A stretch of DNA of 64,000 nt from Carcharhinus amblyrhynchos. Taxonomy: Eukaryota. The DNA lies in contig OZ336885.1 of the NCBI GenBank assembly GCA_965287045.1, positions 62,682,001 to 62,746,000 on the forward strand. Direction: 5' to 3'. The first letter of the stretch is position 1. Each line of letters begins with the position of its first letter. Positions 15,101 through 27,100 of this stretch are shown here, one piece after another. The translations under genes and the position numbers were made by a program. The notes beneath the pieces are model-generated. The model ran no database searches, was not told where the DNA came from, and saw nothing but the letters and a program-made list of their open reading frames with translations.

Positions 15101-18100
15101 TTAGTATTTCTGAGAATTTGTATTCACTAATGTGCATCCGCGTTACAATGATATGGTATCCTATTAAAAATACAGTAGGGCAGATGACAAAACGATGTGC
15201 AGCAGAGGCAGGGCAATTGTCCCTGAAGTCTGTTCCCCCATTCGGAGAGATAGTGATTCATCTGATATAATAATCCAGAACTCTTTTTTCTCAATGCTGC
15301 ATTAACCCTTGATTTCCTTGCTGATTAATATTCTGCTCCCTCTGCATTGAACACATTTAACGAGTAATGGTAGCCCTCTGCATTTCGAGATTCCACAGAC
15401 TCAGCACGATCCGAAAACTCTACTTATCTCTGTTTTAATGGACGACCACCTACTTTGAGATTATGCCCTCTGATCGTGGAATCCCAAGAAAATGGTACAC
15501 AACATCTCATGCTGTCAGGCGGCAAGAGAATCCCATCTGTGTCTAAATGATCGCCTCTCATTCGCAATCTGCCTGAGAGTCACAGAGATTTACAACACGG
15601 AAATAGGTTATTTGGCCCAACATGTCCATGCCGCTTTTATTTGTTAAATCCCCATGCCAATTTCCATGAACCCACGAATTTACCTCGCTAATTTAACAAA
15701 GTAGTGACATTGAGGGATTTATATGGTCCACACACAACATGCACATTGTTGGATTGTTGCAGGAAACAGGAGCACCCGGAATAAATTTAGGCAGATACTG
15801 ACAGAACATGCAGACTCCAAACAGAAAGTCGTCAGTGGCTGGAACCAAACGCTGGTCACTACAGAAATACTTAACTTTTAGTGCTCCGCATTCCTTTTGA
15901 AATTCAGGCAACATTCCCTCTGACTTTCATATTACATGCTGCACCTGCCTGCTAACTTATTGGGATTTCAGCGACGAGATCCATAAATCCCACAATGCTG
16001 CACATTATATTTTCTTTTTTCCATGGAAATACTTTTTAGGCCCTACATGAACCTAACAAAGGTACACAAATTCAACTTTCCTGACGCAAAATTGCATCTG
16101 CCGTTGTTTTTAAATCACTTGCTAAACACTCACATAACGGTCGGCAGACATTTGCGCTGGGAATTGATCAGATCGCCTGGCATTGAATCACAGCAGGCGT
16201 GGAGAGGACAAGGAAAATGTCGTTTAATCTCGGACCGGAATTTCAGTTGTTGCTCCACCAAAGCCGTGAACCCCCATGTGTCATCTTCTACACTTAAATT
16301 TAAAGCTTATTTCTTAATCACAAATAAGGTTTAGATGAACACTTTAATGGAACTATAGCAAATTCCTCTCGTCGCCGCACTTTGGCGCCTCCTTCCGTCA
16401 ATGCACCAAAGCAACGCGTTTTCTTTTTCGATTGTAGGAGGAAACCGAAGGGTTCGGAGGAAAACAACACAGACAAATGGGGAAGTTGCAAAACCTAGAC
16501 AGTGACCCGAGCCTGGAATTGACCCAGGGTCCCTGACACTGTAAAACAGCAGTGTTGTCAACTGTGCCGCTGTGGTTTCACATCTCACCTGTTTTTCTTT
16601 TGTGTCAGATGCAAAAATTGCAATGTTGCATTCACACCCTCGTCCAATGTATATTAACGCATGTTAGAAATAATGCAGGTCCTGTCACTGTTTCCTGTGA
16701 ATTCTTGTGGCACCCTGCAATACTGAGGCAGTGCCATCGTCAAAATGTCACTTTTTGTTTCATTCTACCAAGCTAGTACTTACTAACTTATTTGTCAGGG
16801 ATCAATCTCTTACAAAGTATTGACAGCAAAAATATGGGTTATCAAGTGTAGTTTTATTGGTGTCCTTCTAGAGTGTGTATTTTTTGATTCGGATTTCAAT
16901 TACGCTCCATTTACTGGTACCAACTGATTTTCTTTCCCTCTCTACATTTTTTTTCATTTGAGTTTTCTTCATAATAGCCGAAGTGCTTACTGCACATTTC
17001 TGTTGTGTGTTATTTAACACTCCAAGCTTATCTTCCCCCTCTTTTCTTGCTCATCAAACTTATTTAAAAAAAACGATTAGTCATCGGATTTACCATCAGC
17101 ATTTGCCACATTCTATATTTTTACTCTGTTGTATCATAATTGTAACATCCTTGGCTAATTATGAGTAATGTTCCCCATTTTTATTTCTCTAGGACATTTT
17201 TACTGTGAGTCTCGAAGATTTTCCAAAACGAAGTCAGCAATTGCATATTTTCTGCTGAACCTCATTTCCAGCCCATTCCAATCATAGCTGGAATCACTCT
17301 TCTTGTACGTACCTTTACATTAGTGTTTCGCACTTTTTTCTGACATTACTGTCACTGTGCAAAGGAATGATAAATTTTAACATGCAAGTTTCGTCACCTG
17401 TAAAGTGCCAAATGTGGCGCAGTAACACAAAGTATCCTGCTCTCTGATTTCGACTCACAGTACATTGCCCTGGGAAAGTGGCAACTAAGGTCAGAATGAA
17501 TTGTCTTCATGTTTAAGTTTGACCATTTTTTCCCTAATTCATATTATGAACACATTTACCCAGTATGTGTTTTTTTTTTAATTTCCTGACCTTCTTATTC
17601 TGTGATTGATTATCCACTTCATCGTTTAGCTATTCTTCCGTAACACATCTTCCACTCCCTCCCATCTCTTCGTCGCGTGTTATTTATTTCATCTCCCCAG
17701 ATAGTTTCCTCAGATAGTTACTCGCAACCTGACTTAATTATATTTCGCACCAACAAAGCTACGCAAAATCGATATATTCCTGTCTCTCCTTAGGAATGCG
17801 CACAATTCCGAAAACTGACAGTTGAGCTTCGATTTCCTTGTAACAATGTATTTGCAATGGTTGCACGATCATATCCATTAACCTCAACTTATGTCATTTA
17901 TTTCTATTTCATGTAATGAATATTTGTGCAAAGAGCCATTGATTTCATCATTTTTATCTTATTTTCTTTGGACTCTATTTAAGTAATAATGCACAGAGTT
18001 ACTGGAATGACAAACGCATTTGTCATGCCAATGCCTTTGTCATTCCAGTAACTCTGTTCATTATTACTTAAATATCAGTATTGTAATTGCCTCATAACAA

Positions 18101-21100
18101 TCGGTTTTGTAAACCTTTCTATCCCCTCTCCAGAACGATTTGCATTAAGTAGTTCTTCACTTATTTTTTAGTTTCTAGTTTTTGAAGAAAACTGGTCCAG
18201 GCATGAATCAGAATCAGATATACCCAAAGTTTAATAACCACGATCCTCCATTTCCCCCACTACTGACTTCCAATGAAACGAAACTCGGTACATACAATCA
18301 CGTCTCTGAGCCGCATATTCATCACACTGTTTGATACATCATTGGCAAGAGGATCATGTAACAAGCTAAAGATTACATTTGTGATTTTATTACTAATTTA
18401 GTTTCACACACGTCAAAACAACCATGCAACATCTTTGTTTTTCCTCGTTCGAAAAACGCTGTTTCTATAGATATGGAAGTCGTAACATATCAAAACAAAG
18501 CCATGAAAAAACATCTGATATCCAAAAATTCCCAGAAAATCCACAGGATACTCTTTTTTTTAATTATGAAACTTAACTCAGGCTTATGAAAGGGGAACAG
18601 GAAGCAACAGGACATATTGAATGACACACTCATCTGACGCTCTACTACTCATTCGAAGAAATTTGAAACAATGTACATTAAAACGGAAGAATGCTCATGG
18701 TAATTCAACATGGTATTGCAATAAGTAATGTGCGCAGCTGGAGTACGGTGTGCAGCTTTGGTCGCACAGCTGGAATACTGTGTGCAGTTTTGGTCGCCGC
18801 ACTTGCGGAAGGATATACCGGCCTTCGAGGGAGTGCAGACGAGGTTCACTAGTCTGATACCGGAGATGAGGGGGGTCGCCTATGAAGAGAGACTAAATAG
18901 ACTGGGTCTGTACTCGTTGCAGTTTAGAACGATGAGGGCGGGGGCATCTTATAGAGACGTATAAGGTAATGGCGGGGATGGATAGGGTAGAGGTAGAGAG
19001 ATACTTCCCGTTTAGAAAGGATAGCAGGATAAGAGGACACAGCATCAAGAAAAGGGGGGGGGGGGGCGGGGGAGTGCAGTTTAGATTAGAGTTGAGGAGG
19101 AAGTTCATCACTCAAAGGGTGGTGAATCTCTGGAATTCTCTGCACGTTGAAGTGGTGGAGGCTACCTCGCTAAACCTATTTAAGTCACGGGTAGATAGGA
19201 TTCTGATAGACAGGGGAATTAAGGTTTACGGGGAGAAAGAGGGAAAGTGGAACTGATCCACTTCAAATCAGCCATGATCTTGTTGAATAGAGGGGCAGGC
19301 TGGAAGGGCTAAATGGCCTACTCCTGCTCCTATTGCATATGTCCTTATATTCTTACATCAATATCAGAAGGTGTTTAGTTTCTTTTTATTATTCTAACTT
19401 GAGCTCATTTCTTAGCAAACAAATAAGCCTTTCGAACTGTCCGCATTCCTAAACTTTATCAATGCATCGGAAAATATTTAAAGAATATGTTAAAGAAAAT
19501 ATTGGAAGTAATAATAGTGTAACTAAACGATTAGCAAATGGATAGAAACCGTTTTGTTTTAACAAATATGAACTTCACAATCAGTTTGAATTCACAAACT
19601 ATCCGATTTTAGTCGCAGTTTTTGTTTCAAAATATTAGTTAGGCAAAATTCTCCGGCCTCCTAGCTGCGTGGTTCTTGCCCAGTGGCGAGTCGACCCACT
19701 TGCAAATGGTACGATTCAGTGGTCCTGCCGCTGTGAATGGGAACTTTCGTCGACGTGACCCCACGTCGGCGGGAAAGACGTGGGCGGGGTTTTCTTTGAG
19801 GTGCAACCGGATAACACGGATAAATGGCATGAGAATTCCCATCTTTTTTTTTCCTGTATGTAAACCACATTATTTAAGATCTCTCAACAGTGACCAATGC
19901 CGTTTTACTGAATGTATAATATGTCTCAGAATCTCGGCCTCCATTCGGTAGGAAAAAAAAACGAAAACATTATTACATTTTTTTTGTGCAACCAGAAACT
20001 TACAATCAAAGATCAGTTTTAAGTCATAATTTCTGAAAGGCAAAATGCAATGATAACGTATGTTTACTACGCAAATATTTATAACTTTCACGCATTGCAC
20101 GTGAACGCACAATGTAAACGTGCTGGAAAGCACAACTCTAAAACAAATGACAGCTCCGGCCAGGATAGTGGCTATGTGTTCTTATAATCCCAGTCAGGCT
20201 TCAGACACCTGCCCAACCACCCAAACTCCAGAAAACACTAACCGTTTCAGGAGGGATTACAATCTAAACCCTCGACGATCTAGGCATGGAACTTTCTCCA
20301 CAATTTTTCTAATTCGAAATGCATGGCCATTAATAAACCACGTGGTTATTGATTTGCGCTTTAAAAAAAATGCAGACTATATATTCGCAGGTGGAATTCC
20401 TGATCCCTGGCCACACCAGGAAGAAAACAACTTCTCCACAGGATATTGTTTTCTCAAAATTCCATCGAAAGGTGTAAGTACACTTGTAATGGATTCTTAA
20501 AAAAAAACTCGGTGCTCTGCTAAACACGTTTTTTTTTCTCTCTTTCCAGCTATGCTACGAGCAATTCATTCCACGTGTGGAATATTTGTTTTTTACGGAC
20601 CATCTAATATTGTCTGAAATGCGAACATTTCTTGGTCTAAGCCTCCTTCTTTACCTTATTTTGTAGGAGTTTCATTGGCTCTCTCCACCCTCCCCTTCAG
20701 CCCTCAACCTCCGCGCCCCTCAACGTTGCAACAAGTATCTGTGGCGAGACAATCCGATGCTGCTTTGCTCCCAGTGGTTTGGTGTCAATTTTAATACGGT
20801 TTTATTTTGATCAATCGCACGGAAAACAGAACATAACCCTGTCGATCTGAGTGTGCTGCCCATTCCGGCGTGCGCTTGAACGATAGCTCCAAGACTTAGC
20901 TGGATTTTAACACGGTCACCTCCAACAAGGAAAATTTGTTTTATATATCAAGATTAACATAAACTTTAAAACAGTGACAATAAAATGCATATTACGATTG
21001 CACCATTTTTTGACAGAACGATTAGCTTTTTACACGGAATGGCTCGCACAGTGTGTTTCGTTGTCTTTCCTTGGCTCAATTTATTAGATTCGAGTCTATG

Positions 21101-24100
21101 ACTAAAGGAATGCTGGCGTTTTAATCATATTTCTACATTCTATCCGTTAGTAATGTGAACGCAACGGTGCGTAATAGTGAAACACATCAAGTTGCATGAG
21201 ATCCTGTGACTGATGCAAAGATGTGCAAACTTTTTATCTTTACAGAAGAAAAGTTAACGGCAAAAGAAAGAGGTACCTGTTAACACTGTTTCCGAATTCG
21301 CATGTAAACGACAAGCTATATTTTTTTTCGCACGTAAACGATATCGCGAGGAATATCATATCATTCGGAATAGCTTCTTGGAGCAATGGACTAAACGATT
21401 GCTAGCATCTATTCTGTTCAATACTCAATAAAGCTGAAAACGATTTAATGATGCTTAATATCTGATCGCTTGAATCTGTTGTGCGGAATTTATATTTATG
21501 CAACTAATTATCTGATAGGTCGGAGTACAATGGTTAAAAAATGTTGCTTCTCAGCTTCAGGATGTCATGATAATATGCAGTCTCGCCTCTCTGTGATGAG
21601 TATTTACTCTGTCGACGTGTCTATGCGGTATTTCACCAGGTTGCAAGTCTCCCCCTGCTGTCATGAAACGAACATGAAAGATTGCCCATAGTTAATGGCC
21701 TGAGCGTGTGATTACATGATATCTGATGGGATGGTTGGATCCTCCTCACTGCCATTTTTTGCTCTCACTGCTCACGTTCCTGAATTGGAGTAAGCAATTA
21801 ATGAACATTTGCTGAACTGAAACTCTGACATATAATTACGGAAGTGCTCTTTTCAAAGTTTATGGATGTTAGTCTTCAGGATGTTCAAGTGTTGGAGACT
21901 AAGCTTAAACAACACAATCACGTATTCGAGAGGAAGTGTCGATTTATTTCTACTCATCATACTGTCATTTCCGGATATCAAAATGTGAGATGATGCCATA
22001 GCTTTGCCACTTATGCACGACAACAAGTCCAACGTTATAATGCGCAGTCTGAACTTTTCATTTAATTCACACACAGAGCTGGCTGAGTGCATCACCATGA
22101 GCGAAAGATTTGGTGAGAATGAACTCGAGTTATTTAGTGGCGCACATGCAAGAACCCATGCATTTTTGTTAATGGAACTATTTTCATCATACATAATTGA
22201 ATTGTTGGAAAAATATACAGTCCAAAATCTAATTTAAAACGTGGAAAACTTTTTTTTCATATTCTACCTACATTCGTTTATGCACTTTCAACGGTTTTAG
22301 CAGACTTGGCTTCATCCATTGCACTGATAGGAAAATGCAACCCGTATTGAAAAAATAAAGTCTTCGAATGTAAACATTTATTTAAGGGACATTATATACA
22401 ACTACATCTGAAGGGTTTGGAAAACAATGGGAATGCTGACAGTAATTTCCATTTAATCGGTAAGTAAGCATAATGATGCTAAAACATCAACCAGTATAAC
22501 CAAGTAATAATTTCCATTTCTGCCTTTCCTGTTATTCGGGGATTAGATCTGATTAAATTTCATCATTTCAAAATGCAGTTTTGGTGGACTATAAGACAAT
22601 ATTTAACATGTTTAACTCAAAACCAACAACATGCATTTGAAATAACTTAAATAAATCTGTTCCATTCGGCAAGGGCCACCCATTAACAACATTGGACTGT
22701 CACAGAAGCGAGGATGTCCAATAGTAAATGACGACTATATTGCAGGTGTATGGATTATGGGTGAATGTAACACAATGAGCATTTTTTTGAGATACTCAAG
22801 TAATTGATCTACCATTCCGCAAAATATCTTCAGAACTTGTTTGTTGTTTTCAGTACGATATAGCTGCGACCAATTGTGCCCTCTTTTCAGGATTGTTTTT
22901 GAATTTGCGGGTAAAGGCACGATATATCAATCACAATCTGCTGCACTGCAGCAACACTTCTGGATCTGTTGGGTTGCTCGTCAGTTCTTTGCCAAACTCA
23001 TTGTCTTCCCAAGGACTAGCAGCAGGCCTCAGAAACGGAAAAAAAAACACAATAGATTGCATTCTGTGATGTAATCTGTGCCTCCACTATAATGCATGCA
23101 ACATAATATATTGCTAATATTGTGTTACGTTTGTCAAGTTGCACTTACCTAATTTGATGTGTTTGATTCCACATTAAAAGACATAACCCACTTTCCAAAG
23201 CCACGGTTGATTGGCATATTTGTTATGAAGCAACTTTTGCATTGTTATCACATTTTCATACGATGCATGTTACATAATCCTGCCGAAATAGTTAGTTTTG
23301 AAAGGCTATTATTATCAACATATATTTTATTTAACCCTCGCTATATCAACAGACTAATATTCAACCTGTATGCTCGCTTGATGTTTTGGTCCGACACATT
23401 GGATCAACTCCCATATTTAATCATATATCGGTACAGTAACTGTGAACTCCAGTGTTACTTCCAATTTGCACATTTTGTTTTATTATTATTATTGCAATTT
23501 TTAAAGTGTTGCAAATATGTTTTTATTCCGAGTATATGCACTTGTTCCATTTCAATTTTCTCGACATGTCAACAAAACCAGAATGCTCTGATCGGTGTAT
23601 TTTCAAATGGTAATACTTATGTAACAATGTTTCAGCAGCCCATTCCCTCCCATCAAAGGTATCTTGCATTTAATGCTGAATATTACAAATGTTACCTGTT
23701 CCTCCAGAGCCACTTTTCCGAGATTGAAATGTAGTTTTTTTTTGGGGGAAATGTTCCATAATAGAATGAAACAGTCATTTCCCATCAGTGTCACTCTCCC
23801 CACCCCACCCACACCCCTCGCCCCAAACGCACCCCCCACTCCCTCAACTTGCCCATCCCCATTCTGTGTGCACAATTTCCTCAATTTGTACGTGACTGCT
23901 CAGGTGTCTTGCCTGTTCCTTGTTCTTGACTTTTTGAAGGCATTTGATTACTTTGGCCGCGCAATAACTCTACATTAACTTTTGTTTCAACAATAGATGT
24001 CACACGCGTCAGCTGGCTGCGGTCTCCTTACTTCAGCTTTGCCAGTGTCTGACATTGTGCCACACTTCATCACAACAAACAGATGTATATCCACTTGATA

Positions 24101-27100
24101 AAAATGATTATCTTTCCGACTTTGCTAATTCCATTTGAATTTACAGAGATATGGAACATTCATTTTGCCATTTAATTTCGGGACGTTTTCCACGACTGTA
24201 TTTCAAAACTAAACCTTCGCTGGACGCAGGAATTACAAGTTAGTAACAAGATTTGATGTATGTACTGCTGTGTAGCACGGACGCTGGGCGCTGAAGGCCC
24301 ACCCCAAGGCAAACACGTTATCTTCCCACCTCCAACCAACATCATCACAAGCTCTGCCATTTGTACGTTCTTCTCCAGTTCCGCCAATGATTCCCTCACT
24401 CGAATACTCGATGCGACGAAGAATATTCAATTTTCGTGGTGTCGATGGCATTTTATAAGTATGTTAATGGATGTGTGCAACACTAGCTAGTATAAAACTA
24501 ATGGGTTACCTGTAATTGTTCTGCAGATGGTACTGATCAAAGTGCATTCTTGCACGGCTGCAGTACCTGAGATGTAGGTTCAACCATAGTGCTGGTAAGG
24601 AGGGAATTCCAGGATTTTCTCACAGCGACATTGAAGGACCGACAACTTTTTCCCAAGTCAGCATGGTGAGATAATTGAGGGGAAACTACAAGTCGTGGTG
24701 TTCACAGGTACACTCTGCTGTTTCTCCTCTACATCGTAGTGGCCGTGGGAATGCAATTATGGAAGCTATGCAACATCAGCGAGTTCCTGCAGTACATCTT
24801 GCAGGTAGTACGCCTTATTTCCAATGTGCTCCAGCGTTAGATGAATAGAATGTTTCTCGGACTGGCAGAATAAAACAGATTCATTTGTCTGGGATGTTTT
24901 GAAAATTGTGCCTTGTAATTGTCGAAACAAATTTCTGAATCAGCAGTTCTGTTCATCTCCGCAACACTCCTAGTCTGTTCTCTGATCAGATCGCAATAAT
25001 ATTTACATCGTTGGTCCAGTTCAGTTTCGTGTCAATTGTATAAACAATAGCATAGATATCGTGGCCCTCAGTTATGACAATCGTGTTGAGTTTCAAGGGG
25101 AGATACTTAGAGTCTTAAGGCCACAGAAGTTTATAGCACCGAAATAGGCCTTTCAGCCCGACGTATCATTGCAGCCTTTTTTTAACTCTTCAGATAGACT
25201 CAATTGATCGCATTTAGCCCATGCTCCTCTGTAGTCATCTGATCTAAATGTGCTTTAAAATACAAAATTGTACCCGACTCTACTACTACATCTGGCAGCT
25301 TGATCCAGACATTCACTATTCTCCGAATGAAAAACAAACGCCCCTCTGGATCTTTCGTATCTCCCCCTTTCACCTTAAACTTATGCCGTCTAGTTTTAGA
25401 CTCCCGTAACTTTGGGGGAGATATTGACTTTCAAGCTGATCGATATCCCTCATTAATTTAGATATCTATAAGATCAACCTCTTACGCTCCAGAGAGAAAA
25501 AAAAAACAAAGTTCCAGCCAATGCAGCACCTCTATATGACTTCAACAATCAGGTCCCGGTAGCATCCTACCGGCAGGCTCTTCTGCACCCTTTCTAGTTT
25601 AGCAATATCATTTCTATAATCGTATGACGAGAACTGGACACTTTATTCCAAGCATGGTCTCACCAATGTCTTTTACAACTTCAACAACTGCTGTATTCAA
25701 GGATTTGACACATAGATGCAATTTTGTTTAAGATAACAATTGTTTGATAATTCTGTGTCACTTCTTCGCTCACCATTTCCCAGCCTATGCGGGATCTAGC
25801 TGCATTCGGAAATTGAATGTTTCATTTTTACTTGAATTGTCATATGTCTCCAAGCTTCATCGCAAACATTGACTCTCAGACAGCAGTGAGATGTAAGCAA
25901 AGTATTATTCACTGTTTCCCACTTCTGTGGCTCTGGAAAAAAAAAGTTATATGTTAAAAAAAAATCTTTTATTGGACTGGTATGTTCTACTTTCTACATT
26001 TTATCACATGTGCGAAATGCATCTCATCACTGGACATGGTTATGAATGTCGATAATTTCGTCTGAAGATGCAGAAAATGTGCTCAATTGTTTCCGAACAT
26101 CCAGTCTCTCTTTTGTTATCTGAATTTTCCACTGCAGAGTGAATGTTTTTTGAATAAACTATCAACATATTTACAATGTATACTTTGACAGAAAAATGGT
26201 AAAAAATGAATAATTAATTCGGAATAGCACATATAAAATGTGATAACCTATTGGGAAATAATGTGGTATTACACGAAATGTGGTTTTTTTTGTCGCTAAC
26301 AGAGGGGCAAATAAAAGATCTAAAAGAAGGTGAGTGGAGCAATCGATTGTCCTGTCCCTATTTGTGAATGGTTATCATATTGTACCATTAAAAAGTGCTT
26401 TCCAATCAGATCGTATACTAAGCGATTTGTTTTTGTTTTCAGACATGTTTTGAACTGAGTAAATCCTGCGAATGCAAGTCATCATTCATGCAAGATAGCT
26501 TTGCATGAATGAGATGTTGTAAAAGTTGGTCATACTGGGGGTTCACACGAACAATGGCCCTGTTTTTTTTTTCAGAAGAACGCCTTGCATTTGCTAATAA
26601 GATAGTTGATGCATCAGTTTTAATTTTCCGATTCCACTCGATTAATGAGAGATTCCGTAGATTGGAAGATAATAACAAAAAGTGAGACTTTTACTCCGAA
26701 AGACGGGGAGAGAAGGTCAAGAAAAAATATATATTTGCACGTTAGTCCAAAGCCTATCAGAGGGGAATTACAGGAATTATTTATTAGCATATGATAAGTG
26801 GGCAATTGATAAAATCCAGTGCCACGGGTAATGGTCATTTTTAAAGGGAAAACGCATCAGCCAATCTGTTGAAGTTATTTGAAGGTCGCTCGTGCTGTGG
26901 ATGCAGCAGAATCAAGGAGGTGTACTCTAATTGCATTTCCAGAACTTATTCAAAAATGTGCCACATCAAACGTTATTGCAGAAAATAAAAGATTAAGTTA
27001 GAGCTGGTAATGTAAAGACATGGCTTGAAGAAAAATTAGCTCGCAGGCAGCGGAAAATAGAGATAAATATGCATTTGTCCGGTGGACAGCCTATGCTGAA

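Larger units (their letters stand above)
15190..17700 (-). mobile_element. Old CR1-like LINE with two nested SINEs
   Basis: 3'-tail-like sequence at ~15200-15560 (gagattccacagactc..ctttgagattatgccctctg). Degenerate RT-antisense segments at ~15900-16300 and ~16600-17700. Confidence 0.55.

Noticed and set aside
16470-16577. tRNA-like A/B boxes on the - strand
   Set aside because: Head of an HE1-like SINE, not a tRNA gene.
23159-23734. 191-aa ORF, and similar long AT-rich ORFs such as 45239..45754 and 47568..48032
   Set aside because: F/L/I/C/Y-rich composition typical of random AT-rich frames, with no recognisable motif.
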